64,000 nucleotides of DNA from Magallana gigas (Eukaryota), in NCBI RefSeq assembly GCF_963853765.1, contig NC_088857.1, forward strand, positions 11,532,001-11,596,000. Reading direction: 5' to 3'. Below, one piece after another: positions 25,218 through 37,400 of the stretch. A program made the translations under genes and the position numbers. Numbering within the stretch: the stretch's first letter is position 1; each line of letters opens with the position of its first letter. The notes under the pieces were generated by a model. That model saw only the letters and a list, made by a program, of their open reading frames with translations. It was not told the origin of the DNA and did no database searches.

Positions 25218-26814
25218 TTAGGTGATAGCCAACTGTCGTGTAAGTAATTGTCTCTTTAACTGTCCTTCTGCATCATTTTCAAACATTGGAATAATTAAAG
25301 GAACCTGCTGAGGGTCATTGTCAAAATGCTCATCAAGTTCGTCTTGGTTCAGGATACAAATGTTATGTAGGATGCAAGCTGTTATAATAGCCTTGACAAC
25401 ATAAGAAATGTCATTCATTTCAACAAATTGGAGACGCCGAAATCTGCCTTTCAATATGCCGAATGAATTTTCGATGATTACTCTGGTACTTGATAAAATC
25501 TGGTTGAACTTAATTTGATCCCTAGTAAGGTTTCCTCTATTTCTGTATGGAGTAATCAGCCACCGCTTGCACGGATATGCCCCATCACCTAACAAATGGC
25601 ACTGACCACAAAGAATTGGGCCTCTTTGCCTCAATGGAGAATTTTGAAAAACACGAGCATCATGCACTCGTCCTGGCCATCCACAGAAAATGTCTGTAAA
25701 TCTTTTATCTCCTCTGCACACTGCTTGAAGAATGACAGAGTGAAATTTTTTCCTATTAAAATAATCATTTGAATGTCCACTAGGGGGTTTAATGCGTATA
25801 TGTGTAGAGTCGATTGCTCCAATCACACCAGGGAAGTTCTTTTTTATCTCAAATTCATTGTTTACAGTCTGCAAATCATTTGGCCAAATCACAAATTTTT
25901 GAAGAAAGTATTTTTGGAAACATCTAACAACCTTCTGTTGTGGGAATGGAATGTCGATTCAGATACATTAAATCGATCTGCAATTGACCGAATTGTTTCT
26001 TGTGATCCTATGTACCACAGCATCATCAGTAAATCTTTTTCATGTGAAATTTGAGGTCGTCCAGCAGCTGGTTCTCTTAGTAGTAGTTCTGGAATATGCT
26101 GAATATTTTCCAATATAGCTTCGAATGTAGTTTTTGAAACACGAAAGAAGGTCTTGAATGTGTCTAAGGAATATCTTGAAACAACATCTTGCACAAAGCG
26201 TTCCACTTTATATCGTTTTCTTTGCTCCTGTCTGAAAACAAAGTTATTAATTAATTAAATTTTAATAAATTCTTGCATATTGATAGATTGTTGAATATCT
26301 TCAAATAATTTTTGTAGGAATTAGCAGAAATGTAATTTAACATTAGGTGCTATGATGACAAGCCTTAATAAATTTATGACATAGAAGTACAGGCATGTAG
26401 CATCAGGGGAAATCAGTGAAATTTAAGTTATAGGTAAACTTGCCCCCCCCCCCCCCCCCCGGATTATTATTTTAAGATTTTTGGATGACGATGCCCCCCC
26501 CCCCCCCCCCCCCCCGACTTTCAAAAACGATGTACGTGCCTGAATTATTTATAATTCAAATCAGATAAAGATAAGGTGATTCATAATATTGTGTATGTTA
26601 TTCCTTGTATTTTTTAAATGTAGACTACACATGAAAGCATTAACAATCGCTATGATGTGTGAATAAAAAGCATATAAAATTACTAAGTCCCTTACATATC
26701 ACTGCAAGCTGCAAATAGTGTAACAAATGAAAATTCTTCATCTGGCAAGTCAAAGTCTTCATCCTCAGTCATTATAATTATTGCAGCGCTAACTAAACAT
26801 CGTTTCGACGCCAT
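25218..26814 (-). pseudogene. HARBI1-like DDE transposase (DDE_Tnp_4), 2 exons, one 1-bp frameshift in this sequence
   Basis: Exon 1 is 26696-26814 (MASKRCLV…, GTAAG donor) and exon 2 is 25218-26231. HTH region (LWYIGSQETIRSIADRFNVSEST) and catalytic motifs GAIDSTHI, LLGDGAYP, RVIIENSFGILKGRFRRL and LHNICI are present. The spliced length is 1133 nt; adding one T to the run at 25918-25920 gives a 377-aa ORF (LLDVFQKYFLQKFVIWPND). Confidence 0.88.
26390..26542. mobile_element. Short MITE of the same family as 22145-22468, opposite orientation, in the transposase intron
   Basis: TIRs CAGGCATGTAGCATC / GATGTACGTGCCTG. The reverse complement begins CAGGCACGTACATCGTTTTTGAAAGT, matching the 22145 copy. 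Flanks AAGTA / AATTA. Confidence 0.75.
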
Positions 26815-28750
26815 ATTGAATCAGAAGATCACTGTTCGATTTAGCAAGAGAAACCGGAAGTTGAAAGATGACATTTTCCTCTTCTAGGAGGTGCAAATCG
26901 AACCGGCCTTAGAAGGGTAAAGTTAGAGAGTTTCCGATCTTTATATATTTTTTTTGTTAACTTGTACCAATAACGATTCGCGGCGCTGAGTAGTTACGAT
27001 TGTTTATGAGTCAAGTTTGGATGACTTCATCGAAGCTGTGTGTTCTCTCCTTGTCACATGCTAAATTCAGCATCCAAATTCCTCACAGTTGTTTAGAGCA
27101 ATTAAGAGTTCCCAGCAATTAAGAGTCCGAATGAAGTTCTAATATTAGAAGATTTTCTATGGTGTCATACTTTTTTTCATGTATTTAATGTCCGTGTGGG
27201 CGTTCCCTTAGTCAACTAGCTCTTAATCACATTATTTTATACTTTCTTTAAGCCCAACTTTATTGGAATTGAGACAGAAATCTTGAACGGTGGTTAACCC
27301 AGTCACAAACAGTTCAATTACGCAACGATTCTGCTTAGTTAAGCAGTTAACTTTTTGCATAACTGACCTTTTTATGAAGAACTGTAAAAACATATCTACC
27401 TGTACAATAAGATACAAGACATTGCATACTCATTAACTATATAAAATCTTGATTTTTCAACGTGCATGCAGCTAGCCTCAGCGATGCGAAAACGTGCAAC
27501 CTGTTAACATATTAAAATTAAAACTCAGCTTCTTTTTTACACATTCAATTTTTCTCTCTGAATATACCAATTTAAGGACTAGGGAATCATTCTTTGACTT
27601 TTATGAGGTAATCATTACAGTCGGGACCTTGATCAAATAAAAAAAAAAGCCAAAGAAAACGTATTTGAAATATTTTAAAGTTCCAAATGTTGAACAGATT
27701 GTAAGAGCAGTACGAATAGATAATGTCCCCCGAGAAGAGTTTGAGTGTTTGAAACAATTTTTGACCATATAAACGAATACATTAAAAGTTTTTCTTTATG
27801 AGACCTCATTTCACGAAGAGGACTCTTAACCCTCCCCCAAAAAGTACTTATGATCTTTTCAACAGTAAATGTTGATCACGATCACATGTGTCGGTCAATT
27901 ATCAGCTTATATTTGTTTTGTTAAAAAAAATCTTGAATCGCATCTGTCCTCCTATTTAGAGTTTTTAAAAAGAGACCCGCTCTTTCCATATTTTAAGCAT
28001 TCGCATGTTACAAAAGTATAATAAAAATAACCAATATCATTTATTCACATTTATTCGAATATCACGAAAAGTAAGTTGATGTTGACACCCATTAAGACAA
28101 CAAAATACAATATACATCCAAAATGTTACTGTTTGCAGTCTATATAGGCCATGTTTACACCAATCACATAGACATATTTGAAAGTTATGTAAATGGGGGT
28201 GGGGGCTACTTAAAGCCATTTGCCATGCAAAAAATTAAAATGAATAAACAAACAAACTACATGTACTTCACCTAGCCTCAAATAATTTTAATCCGTCGTT
28301 GTGGTGGGGGGCTCCCAAGACGCCCCCCCCTTTTGTCACGTTTCTAAAAAAATAAAGTGCTGTCATTTCAATTCATTCTAAAATTTTAATCAGTCCTCGA
28401 TTGTTTTGTTCAGGTATTGCCGCTAGCTGCTGCAGGTTACTGAGTGTGTGGCCACTGGGTGGTGAGATGTCAGGACAGCTCTCAATGTGTTCTTGAGACA
28501 ATAATCAATGGTAGAAAGACACACCCTATTTGGCAGAAATGTCGAAAAGAATAAACATGCCATCATAACACGATCCCGAACCATTAAAGACGTTGGTGAT
28601 TTTATTTTTCTTTGTGTCTTTTTATTTATTTATTTATTTATTTATTTGTTTGTTTTTTAATTGCTTCTTCAGCTTGATAAGTACATGTGCATACATTACA
28701 AGACTATATAATGTCTTAAATTTAATCGGTATGGTTGTATGTATTTTTAA

Positions 28751-29907
28751 TTACATAAATTGTAGGTCAGTTAACCACTTCCTCTGTCCGCGTGACCTCG
28801 TGTGACGACGGCTGGGTCTCCACAGTGGATGCCCGGAGTCGGCGGGAATTATCCCTGTCGAGTGGTGATTGGGTTTCCGGAGAAAGATGGCGGCAAATAC
28901 CCGCTCCCTGACTTTGTCAGTCAGCGCACAATACAGGATAAAGTTGGCAAAACCTTGGGAACTATCTCCGACTCCCTGAAAAAAACAACAGCATTTCGTC
29001 ATTAGCTGGAGTGTAAAGTGATGTCAACCATATTTGTTCATTAAAGTAATTGAGCTTATGACTAATGGTACATGGTGAGTTACAGTACTGTGTGTAATTC
29101 ATTATTTTTATGCCACTCGTTTCTCATGTAAATCTGTTTCATACAGAAAATACATCAATTATACACATTTCATACAACCATCTGTTGCTGTGGTATAATA
29201 TGTTTAGGTACTCGACGCATTTTCAAGAATCCTCGATCGGGCGCTAAATTCTCGACGTATAACTGCTTTATACTATAAATCGTTTAATACAGGTTATATG
29301 CGTTCTACATAAGACCTAACATGGAGAATAGAGTACATGTATATTGACAGTAGTTCAATCTAATTTCAAAGGTATTTACAAGTCGTAATTTAGACATTTG
29401 CTAATGACGACCAAAACATATATTTCAATGCTAGTGCAAGTATCTGCTCAACAACGTTTAGCTTGGACGCCTAATCTACGTCGACATCGTAATGACGTCA
29501 TCTTACCCGCTGGGTTACTACTTGACGTTACAGCATTTACAACTTCTAAATATAATTAGTTAATTTGGTAAAACGGGTTCTTCAGAAATAAGTATTTTGT
29601 GTCACTAAGTCCTTGTAAAAGAAGATGGGTTTTGATCAAAACTCTGTATTTGTTTTGGCAAGATGTCTGGCATTTTATACATGTATAGACAACGAACTTG
29701 AGTTAAACGAATAAGTTTAAAGTAGCTGACCTGTAGGTAAGTGATCCAGGGGGCGTCGTAGTGAGCCAGGCTCCCCATGAGGAAGCGGAGGGTACCCCAC
29801 ACCCGCAGGACGATGAACACTACGGGGACAAAGGTCAACTTCAGGTTGGCTTCCTGTAACGCAGCCTTTCTGGACTTCTTCTTACTCACCGCCAAGCTTT
29901 TGCTTGC
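28751..29907 (-). CDS. GPR157: GPR157-like (cAMP-receptor-like family) GPCR, TM6-TM7 and C-tail exons only
   Basis: Exon 29731-29907 encodes EANLKLTFVPVVFIVLRVWGTLRF and exon 28751-28975 encodes GVGDSSQGFANFILYC. These resemble GPR157 TM6/TM7 (ADKKLVLIPLIFIGLRVWSTVRF; GIGNTFQGGANCIMF, recalled from memory). Upstream exons not found; an extra terminal exon near 28425-28527 is possible. Confidence 0.7.
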
Positions 29908-30693
29908 CTAGAAATTATACATTGTACATAAAGATTATTTTGTGTCCCTTCGAGAACCTTTCACGTATTAGAAAACAGATAATTTACCAATATCCACCTA
30001 TTTAGACCTCTGCTTGATACGCACACAGTCGAACACCATCGGTAGCAAACGGCACGGTAGATCTGTTTTACGGTGGTCTCTTCGTGCACAGGCAACTGAC
30101 GTAATATATTTTTCTCATGATAAAGATATATAAAATACATGATTACTATCTTGAAATATAAGCTTTATTTGGGCGAAGGTAAGAAAACGTGACAGAGCGC
30201 GAGGCTTGGCAATCCTTCTTCAGGTTTTCGACTCGAGCCCAAATATCGCTTTTATTTCAAGGCAATTGTCATTTATTTTGTTTATCCTGCAACAAAATAT
30301 CACATTTTGCGCCTAAAATGAGCTTTATTCGACAAATTTCGGTGTATTTTTGCAGTTGAAACTATGACGCCATGGCGTACAAACGAAGCAAGAAAGATGG
30401 CGTACGTCACATTGCATTTGACGTCGGTTAAATGCACGAGGCTTGACCGAATATAGCTTTGGTTTATTGGGTTAGCCTACCTTTATTCGGTCAGTGCAAG
30501 GGGAAGTGGCAGGATAAATACTCTCTACCTAATAATACAGTGTACACAAGGTGTTTTATTAAGTGAGGCATATTTTTTATTATGAGTCAAATATATAACG
30601 TCAGGTGCTTGTGTTGTTGCGATACCTAAGAACGAACGGATATGGAAATGAATATTTCCGGAACTCATAGTCTGAGCAGAGCGGACAATAAAC

Positions 30694-30893
30694 NNNNNNN
30701 NNNNNNNNNNNNNNNNNNNNNNNNNNNNNNNNNNNNNNNNNNNNNNNNNNNNNNNNNNNNNNNNNNNNNNNNNNNNNNNNNNNNNNNNNNNNNNNNNNNN
30801 NNNNNNNNNNNNNNNNNNNNNNNNNNNNNNNNNNNNNNNNNNNNNNNNNNNNNNNNNNNNNNNNNNNNNNNNNNNNNNNNNNNNNNNNNNNNN
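30694..30893. other. Assembly gap (200 N)
   Basis: Run of exactly 200 N, typical of a fixed-size scaffolding join of unknown true length. Confidence 0.99.
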
Positions 30894-30894
30894 T

Positions 30895-31299
30895 CAGTGG
30901 CGTCGGATGCAAATTGAAAGGGGGGGGCTAGATTAATCCTCCGAAATCTTGACAAGCAAAAAAAAAAAAAAATAAAAAACACACAAAAAAAACTTATTCC
31001 CAAATCATGAAAATCCTAATCTGTTGGGGGGGGGGGGGGGGGGGGGGGTGGTGTACCTACAGTTTCAAAAAAATCCTAACCTACCAAATAAATGTTTTCC
31101 CAAATCGTGAAATTCGATAATCCGTGTGTGTGTGTGTGGGGGGGGGAGTATACGTATGACTCCAACTTCTCAATATTCCATCTTCTCAAGATGCTATGTG
31201 CCTAATGGTTAGGTCTAACTTTGCCCAAAAAAAAGTGGGGGGGGGGGGGGCTAAGCCCCCCACCTAGCCCCCCCCCCCCCCCAGGTTCCGACGCCTATG
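30895..31299. mobile_element. Poly-G/poly-A MITE related to the 22145 family, abutting the gap
   Basis: Ends CAGTGGCGTCGGA / TCCGACGCCTATG. Shares internal GACAAGCAAAAAAAA, CCTAATC and CCAAAAAAAGTGGGGGG blocks with the 22145 element. Confidence 0.65.
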
Positions 31300-31620
31300 G
31301 TCTTTCTTATTTATCATCCTCGCTACTAGCTGTTTATACATGTACTGTGTTTATTTCTTGTGATAAGTCTTATCCTGGTTTTATGTCATGCTGAAATATT
31401 CAGGTCTTCAATTCTTAAATTGGGGGCCAACCCCCCCCCCCCCTTCCACCCCTGCAAAATTTTAATTTCTTTAGATCACATTATAAAATTACCAAAAATA
31501 TGCCTCGGACCCCCCCCCCCCCGGCAAACTAAATAACCGTCGGACTTAACCCCCCCCCCCCGAAAAAAAACCTGGATCCGCGCATGATACGGTTACTCAG
31601 TATTTAACTTACGGTACAAT

Positions 31621-32658
31621 GGGTGCGTTCAGAGTACTGCCGTTGACATACAAAAGTTACCATTGGCAATTTCTTTTACCATTGGTATACCAACGGTACC
31701 AATGTTTGCCGATAAAATTTACCATAGGTAGACATTTCTGCAGACGATCTAGAGCTCTGTTAGCGATGGTAACTTTTTTATGACGTCACAAAAATGGCGG
31801 ATATTTTGTATGCACTGAAGGCAACAGATTAATTTCACAGCTTTTCCACCTTCAACCTTGTTGTAGCTGAACAATTCCTTTAAGCATTGTAACATTCCAA
31901 AAATACAACTGAAAAAAATTCTTTCCGTTGCTGGTGTTTGGGGAACATTGGTTGGAATGTGACTGCCATCTAAAGCACCAAAACATTTAGAAATTGAAAG
32001 TTTTCTCCAATTATTTGCTTAATTGTGATGAAGGCTATCTATTTGGCCTTAATATTTTTTAAGGAGGAGAAAATACTCTATAAAAAACTTCCTTTTGAAG
32101 ATGTTCTAAAACCGTTCAGCCATGCATCGAAAGTTCTCAAACGTAGTTTCCACAAAACACCAATAATTCCTTTTCAACATTAGGGGTGGGGCCAATTAGA
32201 TTGTTGTTGGTATTAACCATAGCATTGACTTACAAATGTGTTCCTGGACAAACGGTATCAAAATCATCGGTGTCTATATGATGGTATTAAAGTAATCGCA
32301 TAGTTATGACTCGCTCTAGCCATGTTTTTCCAAAGATATACACACGTTTTATGGGAGAAGAAAAACTATAAGAAAAAATTCTTTAATGTACACAAATTAT
32401 AATTTTGAATGTATCCTTTTGGTGCAAAATGATCAACAAGGCAAAAATATTGCATCTTGGTTTGACATTTTCCGCTAAATAATCAGCCAGTGTTACCAAT
32501 GGTACACCAAAGGTACCATTGTTAACATTGGTAAATTTCCTACTATCTGTACCCTAAAACACGTTCAAAGTATATATGGGTCCAAATGCACCAATGGCAC
32601 AAATTTTTACCATTGGCAAACTGGTATTGGTACCACTGGAAATACTCTGAACGCACCC
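31621..32658. mobile_element. Non-autonomous TIR element (PIF/Harbinger-like, 3-bp TSD), 1038 bp
   Basis: Perfect 16-bp TIRs GGGTGCGTTCAGAGTA / TACTCTGAACGCACCC with AAT direct repeats on both sides. Subterminal clusters of ACCATTGG/ACCAATGG motifs at both ends. Confidence 0.85.
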
Positions 32659-34431
32659 AATATCTCTCTGACAAGAGAGATAAATGTGTGTGCAAAACTA
32701 AATTTCAATTACAAGTTGGTTCAAGTCTTAGAATAAAAATGAAAGTATAGAATATAACGCAAGTCAACAAAATGAATATTTGGTATTTGCTGTATTTAAA
32801 ACCGGCATATATGGAACAGTTGTTGATAGAAAACTATGTAAGGACAAACTACACTATCGTCAGGTTTTTCTTGCCATAAATAATTAAACTGATAGATTCC
32901 AGGTCCCATTTGATCTGTTGATACGTTACTACTGTGCTCTATATCGTAAAGGTGGGGTATAGAATAGATCATTACTTCATATCGTGACCTGATCGAGTAT
33001 TTTCAATGCAACCATACCCCGCCTCCAAACAAACAACGCCTGTATATACAGCAATTTGTTGTAGTGTGTTCGGTTTGTTTACTTGATTATTAGAGAAAGC
33101 AAACAGTTGAGTTCAAAAATATCAATAAGTACTCAATACGTACTCATTTCATTTTGTTATGAATGTTAGTTTGTGTATTTATCAAGATGTAATCAATTTG
33201 CCTACTCCTCACTCAACTAGTGAACATCGCCCCGCCAGATCCATCCATAGGTAGAAGTGTACTGAATATTTATTTGAAAATAAATTGCCTGTATATTTAT
33301 ATTACTTTTGCTCGTGTCAGTCTTCCTTTTCTTCATTAGATTTTTTTCTGTGGTTTTTATGTAAAAACTGAACATTCGTCGCGTGACCTCTTTATGATTC
33401 GAAATGGATTGCTGCATTTTCACCACTTCATGTAAATATACCGGTACATACCTAGCTTAAATTGTTTTGGTGTCAATGAGACTGGATGGTCAACAAATTT
33501 ACCATCAGATTTACCTTGAAAACCTAAAAATTTCAGCTTTAATTTGAATATTTTCTAAATATTTCTACAAAACACTTCTCTGGTTTTAATTATTAATAAA
33601 CAAGACTGAATATAGTCTTGATAAGGAGGCTAGGTGCACGGTCAACAGATGCATGGTCAGATCTAACTAAAATTTTTGAGATACGATTTGTTTAACTAAA
33701 AACATTTGTTTTAGTAAAAAATAAATCCATATATTTGACCTTATACATTTGGTATTTTTTTTTATATAGAACTTTTTCCAGAGACATAAATGCTATTTAT
33801 GTCTCTGTTTTCCTCTAAAGGAGATCAATACCTGCAGTCTGTAAAATGGTCACGACCACCGAACCCTCTTTTAAATATTAAAAAACCACAGTCATCCAAC
33901 CCTTTTATAACCATGTATAACATGTTTAGTTTAATATAACAAATCATCGTCTCCAATTTCAGAGAAAAATAACCTTTTGTTTTAAATTTGTTCATCTTGA
34001 ACCTGACCAAATTTGCATTTCCCCCCTCTGCTCTATATAATGAATTTATCTAAATATTTAAGAGGGGGAGGTGCATATCGAGCCCCCCCCCCCCCTTCCG
34101 CCAATTCATTCAGGGTGAGCTAAAACAGCTTCTTGTGAACTGAATTTTTTTATCATTTGAATATCCACTCATCCCACCCACCCATCCCTTTTATAATGGA
34201 AGTTGTGACTGATCCACAGACCATTTAAGACGTAGGTCATAAACACTTTTGACATTCCCCTAGTCGAGAATTTCCGGCTGCGCATGTCCAATGGCTTCTC
34301 GCCATGTTGTCCTGTTTGTTTTGGAAGGCTGAGGTCATAGTACACTGACAATGTGCAACGCAGTTTGTATAGAAGCTCAAAAATAGATCGACATTATCTT
34401 TCAAGGATTCTGGACTTCTTTGTGGGAAATA

Positions 34432-37400
34432 ATGAAAGAGGTTTTGTCTCCAACGCAGTTAAAACATTTAAAAGAGCATCAATATAGTGCTTCGGGACAG
34501 TCGCTTATCGAGCCGTGGTTTCAAGTCTTCTGGCGGTGGCTGATCGAACAAGTCCCTTTGACATGGGCCCCCAACAGCATCACTCTACTCGGTCTTGTAA
34601 TCAACATTCTGACCACTCTGCTGCTAGTTTTTTGTTCTCCAGACGGAGCAACAGAGGTAAATATTTTGGCCAAAATCTATTTCCGGTTTATCTCATGAAC
34701 ATTTTTAGGGGAATTCTCAGGAGTTAGGAAAGTTAACCAACGCACAGCTGTTAATTTCTTTACGGATGACTGCTTAGGTTTTGTTATTTTGTTTCTGTGC
34801 AAATGTGGCATCGAATATATTAAAATGTAGTTAATCGCTGTAGATTGAACAACAATACACTTTGGAAATGAAAGATCACATGAGACAGACGATGGAGTCA
34901 TTGACCTTTAGACAGGAAAACTAAGCTTTCAGTTTTGCTGTGAAAACAAATTATTTCATATAGGGCTAAATTTTAAATGCTGTTAAAATATAATAGAAGA
35001 CACTATATACTTAATAGGTGGTAAATGATTTTCATGAGTTCATAGAAATCTATTTATAAAGTATCTGGTTATACTGAAAGGGAAAAGTTGTACAGGTTTA
35101 AATAAGATGTAGATATACAGGTACATGTTCTATATGGAAATGTTTTAAAGGAAAAAACGTGTACTTTAGTATTTCCCATAAAAACCAATTGAATGAAGCC
35201 CATTGAATTTTAAAATATTTATGTTAATAGTTTGGGTTTTATTACTATATCTGGAAATTAAAAGGTTTTTCCAAATTAAAGTTTATAGATCTGAAATTTA
35301 AAGTATTCAAGATGAATATCCTGTTAATGAACTGAGTCAGTTGGGATACCCAGTATGTTATGGGTGGGGGCAGGGACGTATATACGTCCCTGGTGGGGGT
35401 ACCCACAAAATCCACAAAAATTGAGCCACTACAAATTCCAGTGATTCAACATACAGTGTCTAAACATGTATTATATAATGTTGAAACATTTCATAAAGAA
35501 GAAGAAAAAAAACCCCAAATAACATCAAGGACGTATATACGTCCCTGATAACATATAACATGTATTTAATTATTATTTGTAGTTTTTCTCTGTCGCTAAA
35601 ATAAGATTGTTCCCAACATGATATTCTAGCTATTTTTTGCATGTCATTTCATCAGCAGTCCATGTTGAATTACATAATTTGCTGTTGATAACTAGATCGC
35701 AGTGACGATAAACAAAACTTGTATGTGGCTATTTATAGATATAATTTGTCAATAATCTTAAAGATCTTAATATATAAATAACATACATAATGTATAGTTT
35801 TGTATATGACTGTGTATACCACAGCCTGTAAAAGTGAATTTGTTCATTCATTTCTGTTTCGTGTTCAGTTTTTACCGCACATTTTATTTTAGTTCATTGT
35901 TCAATGTTTTCATTCACATCGCATGCAACAAAGTGTGACAGACATTACATGGAGATAAATGGTAATGAACAAGAAATCTACCATCTCACTTTCTTTTGTA
36001 GGCTCCCAGAATAGTGTACCTGCTATGTGCAGTAGGCCTCTTTATATACCAGGCTTTAGACGCAATTGATGGGAAGCAGGCACGAAGAACCAAGACCAAC
36101 ACTCCTCTGGGAGAATTGTTTGACCATGGGTGTGACTCCATATCCACGGGTAAGACTGGACATGTAAAACTGTGGATAAGTTATCATAAGTAAGACAGTG
36201 CAAAAGTAAGACTATCCATATCAAAGCAGAACTCTACTCATATAAGGCATTGTCCGCCATATTTCTCTTTCATCGCCACTTTCCCTGCAACCCCTATATA
36301 AGCCATAACCTCTTAACAGTTCAAAGTATTTTGCTTTAGAGGTCTCACTTGTGTGGATGTACATCTTACATCATTTTGTTACTCGGTCGCAATGAAATTA
36401 TCAATTTTTATGCACCTTTTCCAAGCCAGAGAAATACTAACATCAAGCATAAAGGTTAATGCATTATTTACGAACAGAAAGTGCACATAAAACAAGAAAT
36501 AAATGTACACGATCTAAGACTACTTAAGAAATTCTATACAGGGGCAACGAGTGTCAGGTGTGAACAAAATTAAATGGTTTATATACCTGTGTGAAGGACT
36601 GAAGGGCCCTATTTTTGAGCCGTGTTCAGCTTTATTAAGGAATGTGGATAAGTTGGACATTAGATAAGTAAGACCGTGGATAAATAAGACTGTGGATAAG
36701 GCCTAACAAAAAATATAGTTTGTTTCCACTTTCATGCTGAAAAAAAGTAGGGTCGGTCGGTCAGAATTTTTTTTTTATTTTTTCAAATATTTTTTTTCCC
36801 TTTAATATTGCAGTATCCATACATGCCGGTTAGATACTGACACTGCTGATTGGTATAAAATGAGATATAAATGTACTTTTAATATCATTCCTGACTATTA
36901 AGCTGGTTTTAAGAAAACACAGATATGATATTATATATCAGATACTTCCTCTGCCAACGATGAGAGCATTATTAAAATCTATAACATATGGAAACATACA
37001 GCCATTTTGAAAAAAAACGTTTGAGTTACACTGATTTGAGAAGAGTAACTGCTTCAAGCATTTTTGTGAACATTTTTCAGTAATTTATTTTCTAAATTGG
37101 ATAAAAACGAAAATAAACAATTTTCCATCAAAAATCCTTTAAAAAAGTTTTGAGTCGGGTGGTAAAAGCTAGAGTCGGTCGGGAAAGCGGAAACAAACAA
37201 TTTTTTTTCTTAGGCCTAAGTAAAACCATGGATAATTAAGACAATGGATAAGTCACTTAAAAGCTTAAATGTTATAAAGATAAACTTAGAGACTTCTGTA
37301 GAAACTAGGAGATGATATTTCAGCTAATGGAATAAACATTGTCAAGTGTGTGTGTACTTAATGTTAATTTTGTTTGATTGATGTGTTAATTATGACACTT

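Larger units (their letters stand above)
21531..26909. mobile_element. Full-length PIF/Harbinger DNA transposon, 5379 bp, with three reading frames
   Basis: Perfect 17-bp TIRs AGGCCGGTTCGATTTGC (21531-21547) and GCAAATCGAACCGGCCT (26893-26909). 3-bp direct repeat TAG at 21528-21530 and 26910-26912. Contains a convergent Myb/SANT gene and HARBI1-type DDE transposase, the canonical Harbinger pair, plus an F-box/LRR frame. Confidence 0.93.

Noticed and set aside
30040-30560. Repeat-like segment with an internal inverted repeat (CTTGAAATATAAGCTTTATTTGGGC / GCCCAAATATCGCTTTTATTTCAAG)
   Set aside because: Probably a dispersed non-autonomous element, but I could not define termini or a TSD.
30601-31003. 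ORFs spanning the N run, including MEMNISGTHSLSRADNK as a possible GPCR N-terminus
   Set aside because: They are open only because of the Ns, and the candidate is on the opposite strand to the GPR157-like exons.
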